Shown here: positions 38,650-48,020 of the stretch, piece after piece
How the letters are laid out: each line of letters begins with the position of its first letter
Numbering within the stretch: the stretch's first letter is position 1
Origin: Candidatus Multivorans sp.
Lineage (GTDB): Bacteria > Acidobacteriota > Thermoanaerobaculia > Multivoradales > Multivoraceae
DNA length: 64,000 bases
Assembly: GCA_965224025.1 (NCBI GenBank)
Contig: OZ245033.1
Span: 3,552,001 to 3,616,000 of the forward strand
Direction of reading: 5' to 3'
Notes under the pieces: generated by a model
What the model was told of the DNA's origin: nothing
What the model saw: the letters and a program-made list of their open reading frames with translations, nothing else
Database searches by the model: none
Made by a program: the position numbers and the translations under genes

Positions 38650-38750
38650 CCGGAGGCGGGCAGGATGCCCGCGTGCCAGTCCGTGCGCCCGATGACGGGC
38701 GCACGGACTGGTTCGCGTGTGGCGCGGGTCGCGCCACACGGGTTCCCAGG
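38650..38750 (+). repeat. ~100-bp triple-hairpin REP-derived mosaic element, copy A
   Basis: Near-identical inverted copy at 40834-40933. Confidence 0.9.
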
Positions 38751-38785
38751 TCAGATCATGCTGCCGCGCACGCTGCTAGCCGGCG

Positions 38786-39961
38786 CTACGTGTCGTCGAT
38801 CCGGGGCAGGACCTCGCTGGCAAAGCGTTCAATCGTTGTCATCAGCCGCGCGTGCGGCAGAAGCCCGTTGTAGGCCCAGAAGTAGAGCCAGGTCACCGGC
38901 AGGCGCTCACACAGGGTCTCGAGCTGGCGCGTTACGGTGTCCACGGTGCCGACGAGCGCCATGCCCGAACCCATGAAGTCGTCGAACTCCTCCCCGGTGT
39001 CCGGGTCCAGCATGCCGCGGCTGAAGCCGAAGGGATCGAACCAGGCCGAGCCGCAGAAGGCGCCGCTTGCCTTCCACAGGCGCTCGGCCTCGGTGTCGGT
39101 GTCCGCGATCACGATGTCCCGCAGAACGCCGATCCCCTCGCCGAGCGGCCGCCCGGATTCCTCGGCGAACAACTCGAACAGCGCCCGCTCCCGCTTCGGG
39201 TGAAGCGGCGGCAGAATCGCCGTCACGCCCTCCCGCGCGCACCACCGGATGCTCGCCTCGGACGACGCGAAGGGTTGGAAGATCGGCGGATGCGGCTTCT
39301 GCACCGGCTTCGGCACCACGCCGACCTGCCGCAGCACGCCATCCTCGACCCCGGCGCCCCACTGCTCGGTGGCTTCGAGCGTCCACGGCGTGCCGCCCTC
39401 GGGACCGCCGACCGGGATCTTCCAGAACCGGCCGTCGTAGTCGAGCATCGGCTCGGTCCACGCCTTCTTGATGATCCGGAAGCACTCCTCGAACGCGGCC
39501 CGGTTCGTGCTGTCGATCTCGTCCCGCTGGTGCGGCAGGGCGCCGGAGATCCCGTGCGTCTGCTGCGCCATCACGTCGACCCAGCGGCGCTGGTAGCCGC
39601 GCGCGAAGCCCGCGTTTGCGCGGCCGCCGGTCATCCGGTCGAGCATCGCGATGTCTTCGGCAACCCGGATCGGGTTCCTTGCCGGCAGCACGATCCCCAA
39701 CTGCCCGACCCGGATGTTCTTCGTCTGCATGCCGATGAACAGGTCGAGCAGCACGGGGTTGTTCGAGAGCTCGAAGCCCTCGATGTGGAAGTGGTGCTCA
39801 GTGAAGCTGATCGAGTCGTAGCCGAGATCGTCGGCCAACCTGGCCTGCTCCGAGACCTCGGCCAGCATCCGGTCGTAGAGATCGCCGCGCAGGCCGGCCA
39901 TGCCCTTCTTGATCTCGGCCCGCGAGCCGATCGAGGGCAGGTAGAAGAGAGAGATCTTCAA
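38786..39961 (-). CDS. LLM-class flavin-dependent oxidoreductase
   Basis: GYDSISFTEHHF, NPIRVAEDIAMLD, PKPVQKPHPPI. Confidence 0.9.
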   Translation of the reverse strand: MKISLFYLPSIGSRAEIKKGMAGLRGDLYDRMLAEVSEQARLADDLGYDSISFTEHHFHIEGFELSNNPVLLDLFIGMQTKNIRVGQLGIVLPARNPIRVAEDIAMLDRMTGGRANAGFARGYQRRWVDVMAQQTHGISGALPHQRDEIDSTNRAAFEECFRIIKKAWTEPMLDYDGRFWKIPVGGPEGGTPWTLEATEQWGAGVEDGVLRQVGVVPKPVQKPHPPIFQPFASSEASIRWCAREGVTAILPPLHPKRERALFELFAEESGRPLGEGIGVLRDIVIADTDTEAERLWKASGAFCGSAWFDPFGFSRGMLDPDTGEEFDDFMGSGMALVGTVDTVTRQLETLCERLPVTWLYFWAYNGLLPHARLMTTIERFASEVLPRIDDT

Positions 39962-39975
39962 GAGAGGTACAGACG

Positions 39976-40800
39976 TCAGCCGCCGCGGTCGTAGCCCGGC
40001 AACTCGCGGATCCAGACGTTGCGGAAGCGGGTCGGGTTCCGGTGGTCCTGGAGGCCGATCCAGCCGCGCGGCTCGTGCGGCCGGTCGTAGACCCCCACGC
40101 GCCGGTGGCTCGTGCGGCCGATGTATTCCTTGCGATGATGGATCACGACGCCGTTGTGGATCACGGTGACGTGGGCCTTCTTCGTCAACTCGCCGTTCTC
40201 CCAGCGCGGCGCCTCGAAGATGATGTCGTAGGTCTGCCAGGCACCGGGCGGACGCGCCGAGTTGACCATGGGCGGCGTCTGGCCGTAGATCGCGCCCGCC
40301 TGGCCGTCGGCGTAGGTCCGGTTCTCGTGCGAGTCGAGGATCTGGACCTCGTAATCGCCGTAGATCATCACGCCGCTGTTGCCGCGGCCCTGGCTGTTGC
40401 TCTCGACCTTGGCGGGGGTGGCGAACTCAAGATGGAGCTGGAAGTCGCCGAACTCGTCCCGAGTACGGATCGACCCGGTCGGCGTAACTTCCATGTAGCA
40501 GTTCTCGACCTTCCACTCGGCGTCGTCGCCGTTTCCCTTCCGCCACTTGGAGAGGTCGGCGCCGTCGAACAGCACGACCGCGTCGGCCGGAGCTGCGGCC
40601 ATATCGCTGAACGAGGCGCCGGGAGTGACCACCGGCGGCACCGGCCGGTTCGGGTCATGCACCTTCCAGGGCAGTCCCGGCAACTTCGGCGTGTCCTCGT
40701 AGCCGACGGGCTGCTGCTGCGCCGCCGCAACTGCGGTCAGCAACAGGCCCGCGGCCAGCGGGCCCGTCGCCAGAAAACGGAACGTTCGCTTCAACGACAT
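39976..40800 (-). CDS. DUF1080 (3-keto-disaccharide hydrolase-like) secreted protein
   Basis: LFDG, FGDFQLHLEF, GNSGV, YEVQILDS, LQDH..P.RFRNVW; GGAGAG RBS. Confidence 0.9.
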   Translation of the reverse strand: MSLKRTFRFLATGPLAAGLLLTAVAAAQQQPVGYEDTPKLPGLPWKVHDPNRPVPPVVTPGASFSDMAAAPADAVVLFDGADLSKWRKGNGDDAEWKVENCYMEVTPTGSIRTRDEFGDFQLHLEFATPAKVESNSQGRGNSGVMIYGDYEVQILDSHENRTYADGQAGAIYGQTPPMVNSARPPGAWQTYDIIFEAPRWENGELTKKAHVTVIHNGVVIHHRKEYIGRTSHRRVGVYDRPHEPRGWIGLQDHRNPTRFRNVWIRELPGYDRGG

Positions 40801-40833
40801 CTTTCTCTCCTCGGGCGCTGCGCCCGCATCCGG

Positions 40834-40933
40834 CCTGGGAACCCGTGTGGCGCGACCCGCACCCCACGCGAACCACTCCGTGCGCCCGTCATCGGGCGCA
40901 CGGATGGCACGCGGGCATCCTGCCCGCATCCGG
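40834..40933 (-). repeat. ~100-bp triple-hairpin REP-derived mosaic element, copy B
   Basis: Inverted copy of 38650-38750; abutted by an extra partial REP at 40811-40833. Confidence 0.9.
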
Positions 40934-40971
40934 CTATGTTTCAACGGTGAAGACGCTCTCCTCCAGGTCCC

Positions 40972-42525
40972 TCACCGCATCCGCGACGCGAGCAGCGGCT
41001 CGGACAGTTTCAGCCACTTGACGACTTCGGCACGGGTGCTCCGTGGGTCGATCAGGTCGTGGACCGAGAACCCCTCGGCCCTTGGGAAGGGAGTCCGCCG
41101 CTTGGCGAACTCGGCCTCGAGCTCGGCCCGCTTCCTGTCCGGGTCCGGCGCCGCGGCGATCTCGCGGCGGAAGGCCACCGCCACCCCGCCCTCGATCGGC
41201 AGCGCGCCGCTCTCGGCCGAGGGCCAGATCAGCACCCGACCGGAGGGGCCGTAGTGCGCCGCGGCGGCCACGCCGTACGCCTTGCGGATCTGCACCGAGC
41301 ACCAGGGCACGGTGGAACGCACGGTCGCCGCGACCGCCTCCATGCCGTAGCGAATCGTGCCGGACGCCTCCGACTCCGAGCCGATCATGAAGCCGGGCTC
41401 GTCGACCAGGCTCAGGATCGGCAGGTGGAAGGTCTCGCACAGCTCGACGAAGCGCCGGAACTTCTGTGCCCCGGCGGCGTCCATCGCGCCGCCGATGTGC
41501 CGGCAGTCGTTGGCGACCACACCGACCGTGTGGCCGTCGACGCGCGCGAGGCCCGTGATCTGGGACGGCCCGTACCCTGCGGTCATCTCGAAGAAGCTGT
41601 CCCGGTCGACGACCAGGGAGATCACCTCGCGCATGTCGTAGAGGAACCGCCGATCCCGCGGCAGGATGGAGAGCAGGCGTTCCTCGCGCCGGTCGACCGG
41701 ATCGCCGATGAAACGACGCGGCGGCAACTTGCCTGTGTTCGGCGGCAGGTAGCTCAGGAAGCGGCGAACCTGCTCCATCGCGTCGTCCTCGTCCTCCGCC
41801 ACGTTGTCGACGACGCCGCTCCGGCTGTGGACCTGCCAGCCGCCCAGCTCGTCCTTCGTCTTCTTCTCGCCCAGCGCCCGCTCGACCAACGCTGGACCGC
41901 CGATCAGAATCTGCGCCGTGTGCCGAGTCATCACCGAGAAGTGGGACGCGACCAGTCGCGCCGCCGGGAACCCGGCTACAGCGCCGACTCCGATCGAAGC
42001 CACCGGCGCCGTCCGGAGGATCTCGGCGATCGACCAGAAACGGGCCCGGGAGTAGACCGGCTCCCCCATCGGCCGGGGCGGCGTCTTGGGTGCCCCCTTC
42101 TGGCGGCCCGCGCTGCCACGGACGCTGCCGCCGCCACCCTCGAGGAAGCGCAACAGCGGCAACCGGTACTTCAGCGCTAGTTCCTCCGAGTAGACGCTCT
42201 TGCGTAACCCGGCAGGCGACGGCGAGCCCCCGGCCTGGGTGAAGTCCTCGCCCGCCACGATCACCCTCCGGCCATCGACGTCGGCAAAGCCGACGACGTA
42301 GTTCGCCGGCGTGAAGGCCACGACGCGACCTTTCTCGTCCACTTCGGCCGCCCCCGCCTGCCGGCCCTCCTCGATGAAGGAGCCCGGATCGGCGACTCGC
42401 TCGATCCGCTCGCGCACGGTCAGCCGGCCACGCTCGTGCTGCCGCGCCACCGCCTCGTCGCCGCCCATTTCGAGCGCCAGGCGCCGGCGCCGTTCGATCT
42501 CGTCGACCTCGGGCTGCCAGGACAT
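40972..42525 (-). CDS. Acyl-CoA carboxylase carboxyltransferase subunit
   Basis: GRLTVRERI, EDFTQAGGS, GGPALV, ELGG..VH, VDEPGFMIG. Confidence 0.9.
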   Translation of the reverse strand: MSWQPEVDEIERRRRLALEMGGDEAVARQHERGRLTVRERIERVADPGSFIEEGRQAGAAEVDEKGRVVAFTPANYVVGFADVDGRRVIVAGEDFTQAGGSPSPAGLRKSVYSEELALKYRLPLLRFLEGGGGSVRGSAGRQKGAPKTPPRPMGEPVYSRARFWSIAEILRTAPVASIGVGAVAGFPAARLVASHFSVMTRHTAQILIGGPALVERALGEKKTKDELGGWQVHSRSGVVDNVAEDEDDAMEQVRRFLSYLPPNTGKLPPRRFIGDPVDRREERLLSILPRDRRFLYDMREVISLVVDRDSFFEMTAGYGPSQITGLARVDGHTVGVVANDCRHIGGAMDAAGAQKFRRFVELCETFHLPILSLVDEPGFMIGSESEASGTIRYGMEAVAATVRSTVPWCSVQIRKAYGVAAAAHYGPSGRVLIWPSAESGALPIEGGVAVAFRREIAAAPDPDRKRAELEAEFAKRRTPFPRAEGFSVHDLIDPRSTRAEVVKWLKLSEPLLASRMR

Positions 42526-42577
42526 GGACGGGCATTGTAGATGCTTCGCTATCCTGCGCGGCCTGAAGGAGGTTCCG

Positions 42578-44209
42578 GTGACGTCACGACGCAAGCTCTG
42601 TGGTTGGGGTTACGAAGGGCAGGGACTCACGCCGGCGGAAGCGGACGCCTTCCGGGCCCAGACTGCCGCGCGGTTCGGCACACCGGTCGAACCGCGGGCG
42701 GCTGCGCCGCAGGTCGCCGACTTCGACCTGCGCCAGCCGCGGCTGCGGCCACCTTCCTCGCTCGCGACCCTGTTCCGAGACGACCCGTACGAACGGCTTC
42801 TCCACGCGTACGGCAAGTCCTTCCCCGATGCCGTGCGGATGTTCCGGCGCGAGGTGACGGAACCACCGGACCTCGTCGCCTATCCGGAGACCACGGAAGA
42901 CGTGATCCGCATCCTCGATTGGGCCGGTGACGCCGGCGCGGCCGCGATTCCCTTCGGCGGCGGTTCCAGCGTGGTCGGCGGCGTCGAGCCGGCGGTCGGC
43001 GGCAGCTACGCCGGCGCGGTAACCATCGATCTGCTCAAGCTCGACCAGGTGATCGAAGTCGACCGCGCCAGCCGTGCCGCGCGAATCCAGGCCGGCGCCC
43101 GCGGTCCGCATCTCGAGGCGCAGCTCCGGGAGCACGGGCTCACGCTCCGCCACTTTCCGCAGAGCTTCGAGCATTCGACCCTGGGCGGATGGATCGCGAC
43201 CCGTTCCGGCGGCCACTACGCCAGCCTCTACACCCACATCGACGACTTTGTCGAGGCGACGACCACGGTCACACCCCAGGGCATCATGGAAACCCGGCGC
43301 CTCCCCGGCTCGGGCGCCGGACCCTCGCCCGACCGGATGGTCATCGGCTCCGAGGGCATCCTCGGGGTCATCACGGAGGCATGGGTGCGCCTGCAGGACC
43401 GTCCGGTCCACCGCAGCTCGGCGGCGGTGCACTTCGCCGACTACGCCAGCGCCGTCGAAGCGGTGCGCATGCTCTCCCAGAGCGGCCTCTACCCGTCGAA
43501 CTGCCGCCTGATCGACGCGCAGGAAACCGCCGCCGCGGGTGCCGGCGACGGCTCGACCTCACTGCTCGTCCTCGGCTTCGAATCCGCCGATCATCCGGTA
43601 GAGCCCTGGATGAAGCGGGCGCTCGAACTGACCGCGGACTGCGGCGGCGATCACAGTGACTCAGCCGGCCGCTCGCACCGCGAGGGCGCCGCCGGGGCCT
43701 GGCGGGACGCCTTCATCAAGGGGCCCTACTTCCGCGAAGTCGGCGTGCCCCTTGGCGTGATCGGCGACACTTTCGAGACCGCGATCACCTGGGACCGCTT
43801 CACCGACTTTCACGCCCGGATTATGGCCCGGACCGCGGAGATCCTTGAGCAGGCGACAGGCAGGCCCGGCAGCGTCACCTGCCGCTTCACGCACGTCTAC
43901 CCAGACGGACCCGCGCCCTACTTCACCTTCTCCGCGCTCGGCGACTGGGATTGTCTCGCGGACCAGTGGCGCGAGATCAAGCTGGCCGCGAACGAGGCCG
44001 TTGTGGAAGCCGGCGGCACGGTGACGCATCACCACGCCGTGGGGCGGGACCACCGGCCGGCCGGCTACGACCGCCAGCGCCCCGACGTGTTCGCCCGTGC
44101 CCTCGCCGGTGCCAAGGCGGCTGTCGACCCCGACGGCCTGATGAATCCTGGCGTGCTGATCGATCCGCAGGGCCGGGACGTCGGCGTCACCGGCGCGATG
44201 GCGCCGTAG
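42578..44209 (+). CDS. FAD-binding oxidoreductase, alkyl-DHAP synthase-like
   Basis: PFGGGSSVVGG, HFPQSFEHSTLGGW, GSEGILG, HVYPDG, THHHAVG; AAGGAGG RBS. Confidence 0.9.
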   Translation: MTSRRKLCGWGYEGQGLTPAEADAFRAQTAARFGTPVEPRAAAPQVADFDLRQPRLRPPSSLATLFRDDPYERLLHAYGKSFPDAVRMFRREVTEPPDLVAYPETTEDVIRILDWAGDAGAAAIPFGGGSSVVGGVEPAVGGSYAGAVTIDLLKLDQVIEVDRASRAARIQAGARGPHLEAQLREHGLTLRHFPQSFEHSTLGGWIATRSGGHYASLYTHIDDFVEATTTVTPQGIMETRRLPGSGAGPSPDRMVIGSEGILGVITEAWVRLQDRPVHRSSAAVHFADYASAVEAVRMLSQSGLYPSNCRLIDAQETAAAGAGDGSTSLLVLGFESADHPVEPWMKRALELTADCGGDHSDSAGRSHREGAAGAWRDAFIKGPYFREVGVPLGVIGDTFETAITWDRFTDFHARIMARTAEILEQATGRPGSVTCRFTHVYPDGPAPYFTFSALGDWDCLADQWREIKLAANEAVVEAGGTVTHHHAVGRDHRPAGYDRQRPDVFARALAGAKAAVDPDGLMNPGVLIDPQGRDVGVTGAMAP

Positions 44210-44320
44210 CGCGGCACCCGCCCGACGCGGGCACAGTTCGGGCAGTCGTTCCAAGGTCTCTCTTGCGGAGTCCGCAGCAGGCGTTGGCGTTCCACAACGC
44301 CGTGGCGGTACCGCGAAGCG

Positions 44321-44533
44321 TCACGGGATCAGGCGGAGCAGAGCAACGACCGCGCCAACTATGACCCCGGCCTGAATGAGCAGTGCACGGTAGAGGTCGG
44401 CGCGCGTGACCAAGTCGCCGACCACATCTCGGGCAGCATCGTCAATCGCTCGCGCATGGGCGGTCGCTTGACGTTCCGGGACGCCGGCCTCCCGCAGCGT
44501 CTCGGCAGTGCGCAGCGTGTCGGTAGCGGTCAT
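44321..44533 (-). CDS. DUF1640-like small membrane protein
   Basis: DTLRTAETLREAG..ERQA...VTRADL plus TM helix. Confidence 0.75.
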   Translation of the reverse strand: MTATDTLRTAETLREAGVPERQATAHARAIDDAARDVVGDLVTRADLYRALLIQAGVIVGAVVALLRLIP

Positions 44534-44605
44534 GAGTAGCTCAGGTCCGTGTCCTGTCCGGTAAACGTGGTGCGGTCTCTCCGCGCCAGTGATTCCGCGA
44601 GGCTA

Positions 44606-45241
44606 TCAGGGGCGATTTCGCCCTCGCAACGACGGATGGCCGTAACGGACCCGTCCGCCAGTACCCTCTACGGGCTCGACGGCATCGAGCCTTGCGACCA
44701 GGGCGGCTACGTGGGGGTCCTCGACACCAAAGGCGTTGAGCGCCGCGTGCAGGTCGCGCACGTAGTCGGCGTTGGCGCCGCTCGGGCCTGTTGCTTCGCC
44801 GACTTGGGACGCGATCTCGGCGATTGGGGCCGGACCGGCGTAGTTCCGGTTGCCGGGCCAGCCCTGGTAGGTGAGGCCCGCAGCCGTTTGCGGCGACGCC
44901 GCTGAGGGGTCCGGCGCTCGCTCGGTAGACTCGTCCAGTTCAAAGTCGATCTTCATACGGACGTAGCCGCCGCGTTCTCGTATGTCCAGATCGGCGAGGA
45001 TGACGTCGGCGTCACCTTCGTCGAGACGATAGGCCATACCCCAGCAGGTGTCGTCCGGCGCCGGCGCCAGTGTCGCGACCCGGCCAGGCTGCCACGGTTC
45101 TCCGCGGTGGTCCGTCGACCACTGCCAGAAACGCCGCGCCCAACCCCGCAAGCGCGCGCGCCGGCGTTCGACGAAGGGAATGTCCGGCCGGAAGATCAGC
45201 GAGCCATAGCCGAATATCCACAGCGGACGCGGTCCATTCAC
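44606..45241 (-). CDS. chaC: Glutathione-specific gamma-glutamylcyclotransferase (ChaC family)
   Basis: WIFGYGSL, RRFWQ.STDHRG...PGRV, RERGGY, GPSGANADY. Confidence 0.9.
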   Translation of the reverse strand: MNGPRPLWIFGYGSLIFRPDIPFVERRRARLRGWARRFWQWSTDHRGEPWQPGRVATLAPAPDDTCWGMAYRLDEGDADVILADLDIRERGGYVRMKIDFELDESTERAPDPSAASPQTAAGLTYQGWPGNRNYAGPAPIAEIASQVGEATGPSGANADYVRDLHAALNAFGVEDPHVAALVARLDAVEPVEGTGGRVRYGHPSLRGRNRP

Positions 45242-45320
45242 GGCGGGCGATTGTAGCCGGCAATTCACGGCGAACCACCGTGATAACTTGCGCGGCCCGC
45301 TGCGATCCTCCGCCGCCGCC

Positions 45321-46274
45321 ATGCGCCATCTCTTCGTCATCGATCCGATCGAGCGTCTGGATCCCGAGAAGGACACCACGATCGCATTCCTGCGCGAGGC
45401 GGACAGCCGCGGCCACGACCTCGCAGTGTGCACCATCGACACACTGGAGCTCGGGCCGGACGGCCGACCTCAGGCGGAAGCCATTCCCACCCGGACCGTC
45501 GACCCAGGCCCGGGCGGCCCCTGGTACGAGGTCGGGACCGGCCGGACCGCCTTCCTCGACGAGTACGACGTGGTATGGATGCGCGAGGATCCGCCCTTCG
45601 ACCTGGCGTTCTTCTACGTCACCCACCTGCTGTCCATGGTGGCGAAGAGCACTCTGGTCGTGAACGACCCGCTGGCGCTCAGGGACGCGAACGAGAAGCT
45701 GTTCGCGCTCCGCTTCCCCGCCGTGTGCCCGCCGGCGCGGGTGAGCAGGCGCATCCCGGAGTTGCTCGCATTCCAGGAGGAGATGGGCGGCGAGATGATC
45801 GTCAAGCCGCTCGACGGCGCCGGCGGCGAGGGCATCTTCCACTTGAAGGCGGGCGACCGGAACACCAGCGCCATCCTCGAGGCGGCCACCGCCCACGAGA
45901 GCCGCTACCTGATGGCTCAGCGCTACCTGCCTGAGATCCGACAGGGCGACAAGAGGGTGATCCTGGTCGAAGGCGAGGCCCTCGGCGCCGTGCTGCGAGT
46001 GCCGGCCGAGGGCGAATCGCGGGCGAACTTCCATGTCGGCGGCCAAGCGGCGGCCACGGAGGTCGACGACCGCGACCGCGAGATCGCCGCCGCGATCGGC
46101 CCGGAGCTGGTCCGGCTCGGGATCGTCTTCGCCGGCATCGACGTGATCGGCGGCTGGCTGACCGAGGTCAACGTGACCAGCCCCACCGGTCTGCGCGAGA
46201 TCGCAGACCTCGGCGGGCCGCGCCTCGAGGTCGACGTGCTCGACGCGGTCGAGCGCCGGCGAAGAGCGGACTGA
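45321..46274 (+). CDS. gshB: Glutathione synthetase
   Basis: KDTT, MREDPPFD, NEKLF, KPLDG.GG, GDKR, EVNVTSPTG. Confidence 0.95.
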   Translation: MRHLFVIDPIERLDPEKDTTIAFLREADSRGHDLAVCTIDTLELGPDGRPQAEAIPTRTVDPGPGGPWYEVGTGRTAFLDEYDVVWMREDPPFDLAFFYVTHLLSMVAKSTLVVNDPLALRDANEKLFALRFPAVCPPARVSRRIPELLAFQEEMGGEMIVKPLDGAGGEGIFHLKAGDRNTSAILEAATAHESRYLMAQRYLPEIRQGDKRVILVEGEALGAVLRVPAEGESRANFHVGGQAAATEVDDRDREIAAAIGPELVRLGIVFAGIDVIGGWLTEVNVTSPTGLREIADLGGPRLEVDVLDAVERRRRAD

Positions 46275-46285
46275 GCGTTGCCCGC

Positions 46286-46328
46286 CCGCGGCGGATGCGC
46301 GCCGGAAGGCCCCTGCATTCCGCCGCGG
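46286..46328. terminator. GC-rich hairpin between convergent gshB and gor (REP-like, possible terminator)
   Basis: CCGCGGCGGATGC ... GCATTCCGCCGCGG inverted repeat; no U-tract. Confidence 0.45.
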
Positions 46329-46329
46329 A

Positions 46330-47718
46330 TCACCGGAGCGTCACGAACTCTTCGGCGGAGGTCGGATGGATCGCCATCGCCGCGTCGAAGTCGCTCTTCG
46401 TCGCGCCCATCTTCACCGCCACGGCGAGGCCCTGGATGATCTCCGGCGCGTCGGCGCCGAGCATGTGGGCGCCGAGGACTCGGTCGCTGCTGCGTTCGAC
46501 GATCAGCTTGACCAGGGTGCGCTCCTGGTTCTCGGTCAACGTCAGCTTGAGCGGCCGGAAGCGGCTGCGGTAGACGTCGACCTCGCCGTACCGTTCCCTC
46601 GCCTCCGCCTCGGTCAGACCGACCGCGGCCAGCGGCGGTTGGCTGAAGACGGCGGTGGCGACGGTCTCGTGGTCCACCGGTGTCGGGGCGCCGCCGAACA
46701 GCGTTCGAGCCAGACACATTCCCTCGTGGATCGCGACCGGGGTCAGGTTCAGACGGTCCGTCACGTCGCCGATCGCCCAGATGTTCGGGACGTTCGAACG
46801 CGAGAGCTCATCGACCCGCACCGCGCCGTTCTCACGCAGGGCGACGCCGCAGTCCTCGAGCCCCAGCCCCAGAACCTCGGGACTGCGGCCGGTCGCGAAG
46901 AGCGCCTCGCCGCACCGCAGCTCGCCGCCGCCCGTGAGCCGAAGCAGGAGACGGTCGCCGCCGGCCGACCCGCCGACTCCGTTGCCGGACGGCCCCGGCC
47001 CGGTCCACTCGATCGCCTCGACCTCGCAGCCGAACCGCAGGTCGATGCCGCGCGACCGCATCTCGTCGGCGAGATGGCGGCGAATCTCCTCGTCGAAGCC
47101 GCGCAGGAAGAGCTCGCCGCGGTAGATCAGGGTGACCTGGCAGCCGAGCCCGGCCAGGATGCCGGCGAACTCGACGCCGATGTAGCCGCCCCCGACCACC
47201 GCGAAGCGCTCCGGCAGACGCTTCAGGTGAAAGGCCTCGTTCGAGGTGATGGCGTACTCGATGCCGGGGATCAGCGGCCGGTGAGGCCAGCTACCCGTCG
47301 CCACCAGGATGTGCTTCGCGGTGACGTACTGCCACATTCGGTTGCCAAGATCGATCTCCACTCGATGCCGCCCGACCAGTCGCGCCCTGCCCTCGAAGAG
47401 TTCCACACCGGCGTCTTCGAGCAGGCCGCGGTAGATCCCGTTCAGGCGCTGGATCTCCCGGTCCTTGTTGGCGACGAGCCCCGCCCAGTCGAAGGCGGGA
47501 GGTCCCGCGGTCCATCCGAATCCAGGAGCTTCGCGGTAGTGGTCGGCAAATGCCGACGCACAGACGAAAAGCTTCTTCGGCACGCAGCCGACGTTGACGC
47601 AGGTGCCGCCCAGGTGGCGCGCCTCGGCGATTGCCGCCCGCGCGCCGTAGCCGGCAGCCATCCGGGCGGCGCGTACGCCGCCGGAACCGGCGCCGATCAC
47701 GAAGAGGTCGTAGTCCAC
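46330..47718 (-). CDS. gor: Glutathione-disulfide reductase
   Basis: GAGSGG, GGTCVNVGCVPKK, GGGYIGVEF, HPTSAEE. Confidence 0.95.
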   Translation of the reverse strand: MDYDLFVIGAGSGGVRAARMAAGYGARAAIAEARHLGGTCVNVGCVPKKLFVCASAFADHYREAPGFGWTAGPPAFDWAGLVANKDREIQRLNGIYRGLLEDAGVELFEGRARLVGRHRVEIDLGNRMWQYVTAKHILVATGSWPHRPLIPGIEYAITSNEAFHLKRLPERFAVVGGGYIGVEFAGILAGLGCQVTLIYRGELFLRGFDEEIRRHLADEMRSRGIDLRFGCEVEAIEWTGPGPSGNGVGGSAGGDRLLLRLTGGGELRCGEALFATGRSPEVLGLGLEDCGVALRENGAVRVDELSRSNVPNIWAIGDVTDRLNLTPVAIHEGMCLARTLFGGAPTPVDHETVATAVFSQPPLAAVGLTEAEARERYGEVDVYRSRFRPLKLTLTENQERTLVKLIVERSSDRVLGAHMLGADAPEIIQGLAVAVKMGATKSDFDAAMAIHPTSAEEFVTLR

Positions 47719-47755
47719 CGTGACCCGGAAGGAGTAGCGGGGAACTCCGGCGGCG

Positions 47756-47962
47756 CTAGCCGGGCAACCAGGCGGACAGCCGGAACAGAACCGCCAGCAG
47801 GCCGCCGCCGCCTAGCAGCCGCCACAGCAACCGAGACTCGACCCCGGCCACATCAGCACGCAACCGCTCAATGTCCGCGCGCAGCGTCTCGCGCAGCACG
47901 TCCAAGTCGGCGCGCGTTACCGGCGCCGCGTCTGGCGGCAGGGGTGAATCAGCCATTGCCAT
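47756..47962 (-). CDS. Small coiled-coil plus TM protein (DUF1640-like, N-terminally reduced)
   Basis: VTRADL..LRADI..LRADV heptads followed by a hydrophobic C-terminus. Confidence 0.65.
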   Translation of the reverse strand: MAMADSPLPPDAAPVTRADLDVLRETLRADIERLRADVAGVESRLLWRLLGGGGLLAVLFRLSAWLPG

Positions 47963-48020
47963 GCACGGCACGGTAACACATGCTTCGATTCAAGAAATGC
48001 GGCCACTAGACTCGGATCCT

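Noticed and set aside
38650-40933. CRISPR array or tRNA interpretation of the hairpin repeats
   Set aside because: No regular repeat-spacer periodicity, no cas genes and no cloverleaf/T-loop motif
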